From: Marsupella aquatica
Taxonomy: Eukaryota; Plantae; Marchantiophyta
DNA length: 64,000 bases
Direction: 5' to 3'
Assembly: GCA_973895155.1 (NCBI GenBank)
Contig: OZ316896.1
Span: 1,178,001 to 1,242,000 of the forward strand
Below the pieces are notes generated by a model. The model was not told the DNA's origin. It made no database searches and was given only the letters and a program-made list of their open reading frames with translations. A program made the position numbers and the translations under genes. Positions 63,001 to 64,000 of this stretch are shown here, one piece after another (within the stretch, counting starts at the first letter, position 1; every line of letters starts with the position of its first letter).

Positions 63001-63807
63001 TTCTTGAAGAAAAGTTGTAAGGATGAGACCTCTGCAGCATATAAAGAGAGATTTCCTCTAGTCAAATATTGGGAGAATCTTGTGCAAGCACTGTCCGAGG
63101 AACTTACAATAGAAGGGGAGGGGGAAAGACATTTGCCATTGACAACTGATTTTTGGCCAAAGACTAACCATGGCACAGGTTACAAGATGATTTTGGGGAC
63201 ATCTCAGCCGTCAAGTGAACCTTCTCAAAATCCAGAGATGATGGACCTTCAAAATGAGTACATGGAAGAGATGGAAGATCAAGCTGCACCCTTTGTTGGT
63301 GCACGACAAGAGCGAGAACCTGCACGTTGGATTCCTCTACAAGATATTCAAGAAGGTCACTTTGTATTTTTACGTCCAGAGGATGAATGAGAACAGGAAA
63401 ATGGCAAAGGGCGTTTCTGGTTGGTTCGAGCTTTGGGTGGTGTGGATCCAAACCATGAGGTTCCCTCAACAGATTTGCAACATATTGAAGGGTCTTCTTC
63501 AACGTCTGTTGAGAGCATTCCTCTTAGGAATGCTCCTATATTCCAAGTACAATGGTGGAGGCCTAAACATGGTAAGCATGATGCAAAGGATGATGTTCGA
63601 TATGAACGTTGCTTTCAAACCACTAAGACTTGGGAGCTGGATCCTGGGTTTGACAATGTTACTCAAAGTTGGCAGTTTGCAAATTCTGCAATGTATGGGT
63701 TTAAGTCAGGTGCTAAAGAACAAAATATTATGGATAGAGGTTTGACAATTCCTAAGAATGTTTTGAAAACTCTCAAAATTTACATGGAAGGTATAATTGA
63801 TGAGTAG
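60092..63807 (+). pseudogene. Sola-like DDD transposase with three N-terminal Tnp1/En/Spm-like repeats; disrupted
   Basis: Three repeats of GDEV.L....A.G.V...P......LG..RI.V.I....LP.P....TL.EA....VIWD. Then CCKLKCC, VCKDAF..HG, HGN, AKCTFC..H, IIHDKMDQAKT, LQMDNSGKDNKN, FLMVGHTHEDVDALFS. C-terminal FWLVRA...QVQWWRP. Stops at 62246 and 63388; frameshifts at about 62330 and 62533. Confidence 0.75.
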
Positions 63808-64000
63808 ATTGATAGAACTCGTAGGTTACAAGTCTCCACTCAAATGACTTGTGATTAAGAGGGTCGAGTTGATTTCCATGCGTTGGTCTAAAGTGAGAGA
63901 ACAAGACAATCAAATTAATACTCTATGATCTCTCAAAGCTATTGAATGGACTTTCTTATAATTATTATTTTATTTGTCTTAGTATATTTTAATTCTAGAA

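Larger units (their letters stand above)
51469..64000. mobile_element. Large cargo-carrying DNA transposon candidate (Sola-like transposase plus divergent ParB/MTase-like and NIF phosphatase genes); right end not found
   Basis: Begins where Copia RNaseH homology breaks (cactatattc...). Contains a DDD transposase and genes unlike ordinary host genes. Treating the region as a single element is inference. Confidence 0.6.

Overview
Eukaryotic nuclear DNA (GT-AG introns, plant-type Copia elements), most likely from a non-seed land plant such as a bryophyte; the taxon is an inference. It is transposon-dense. Only two host genes are clear: a chloroplast DnaJ8-like gene (17323-18131, 2 exons) and an intronless HMA-domain gene (36428-37192). 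There is also an orphan chromodomain ORF. Mobile DNA includes: (1) a decayed Kolobok-type unit, made of a spliced DDE transposase on the - strand (about 5431-8855) converging on three tandem KolX/P2X7-ballast-like ORFs (2731-4262), each with its own splice acceptor; (2) an RLE-type non-LTR retrotransposon relic; (3) five MITEs with 8-bp TSDs and CYCRGG-type ends; (4) two related Copia elements; (5) a Replitron-like HUH relic; (6) a tRNA-derived SINE. The most striking region is a >12 kb element starting at about 51469 that interrupts the second Copia. It carries a Sola-like DDD transposase on + and, divergently on -, a large spliced gene joining a ParB-like domain to a degenerate beta-class N6A/N4C DNA-methyltransferase fold, followed by an intact FCP1/NIF-like phosphatase ORF. 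Each divergent gene has its own array of 21-bp (9-3-9) palindromes in its introns. All family assignments were made by eye from motifs; no database searches were run.
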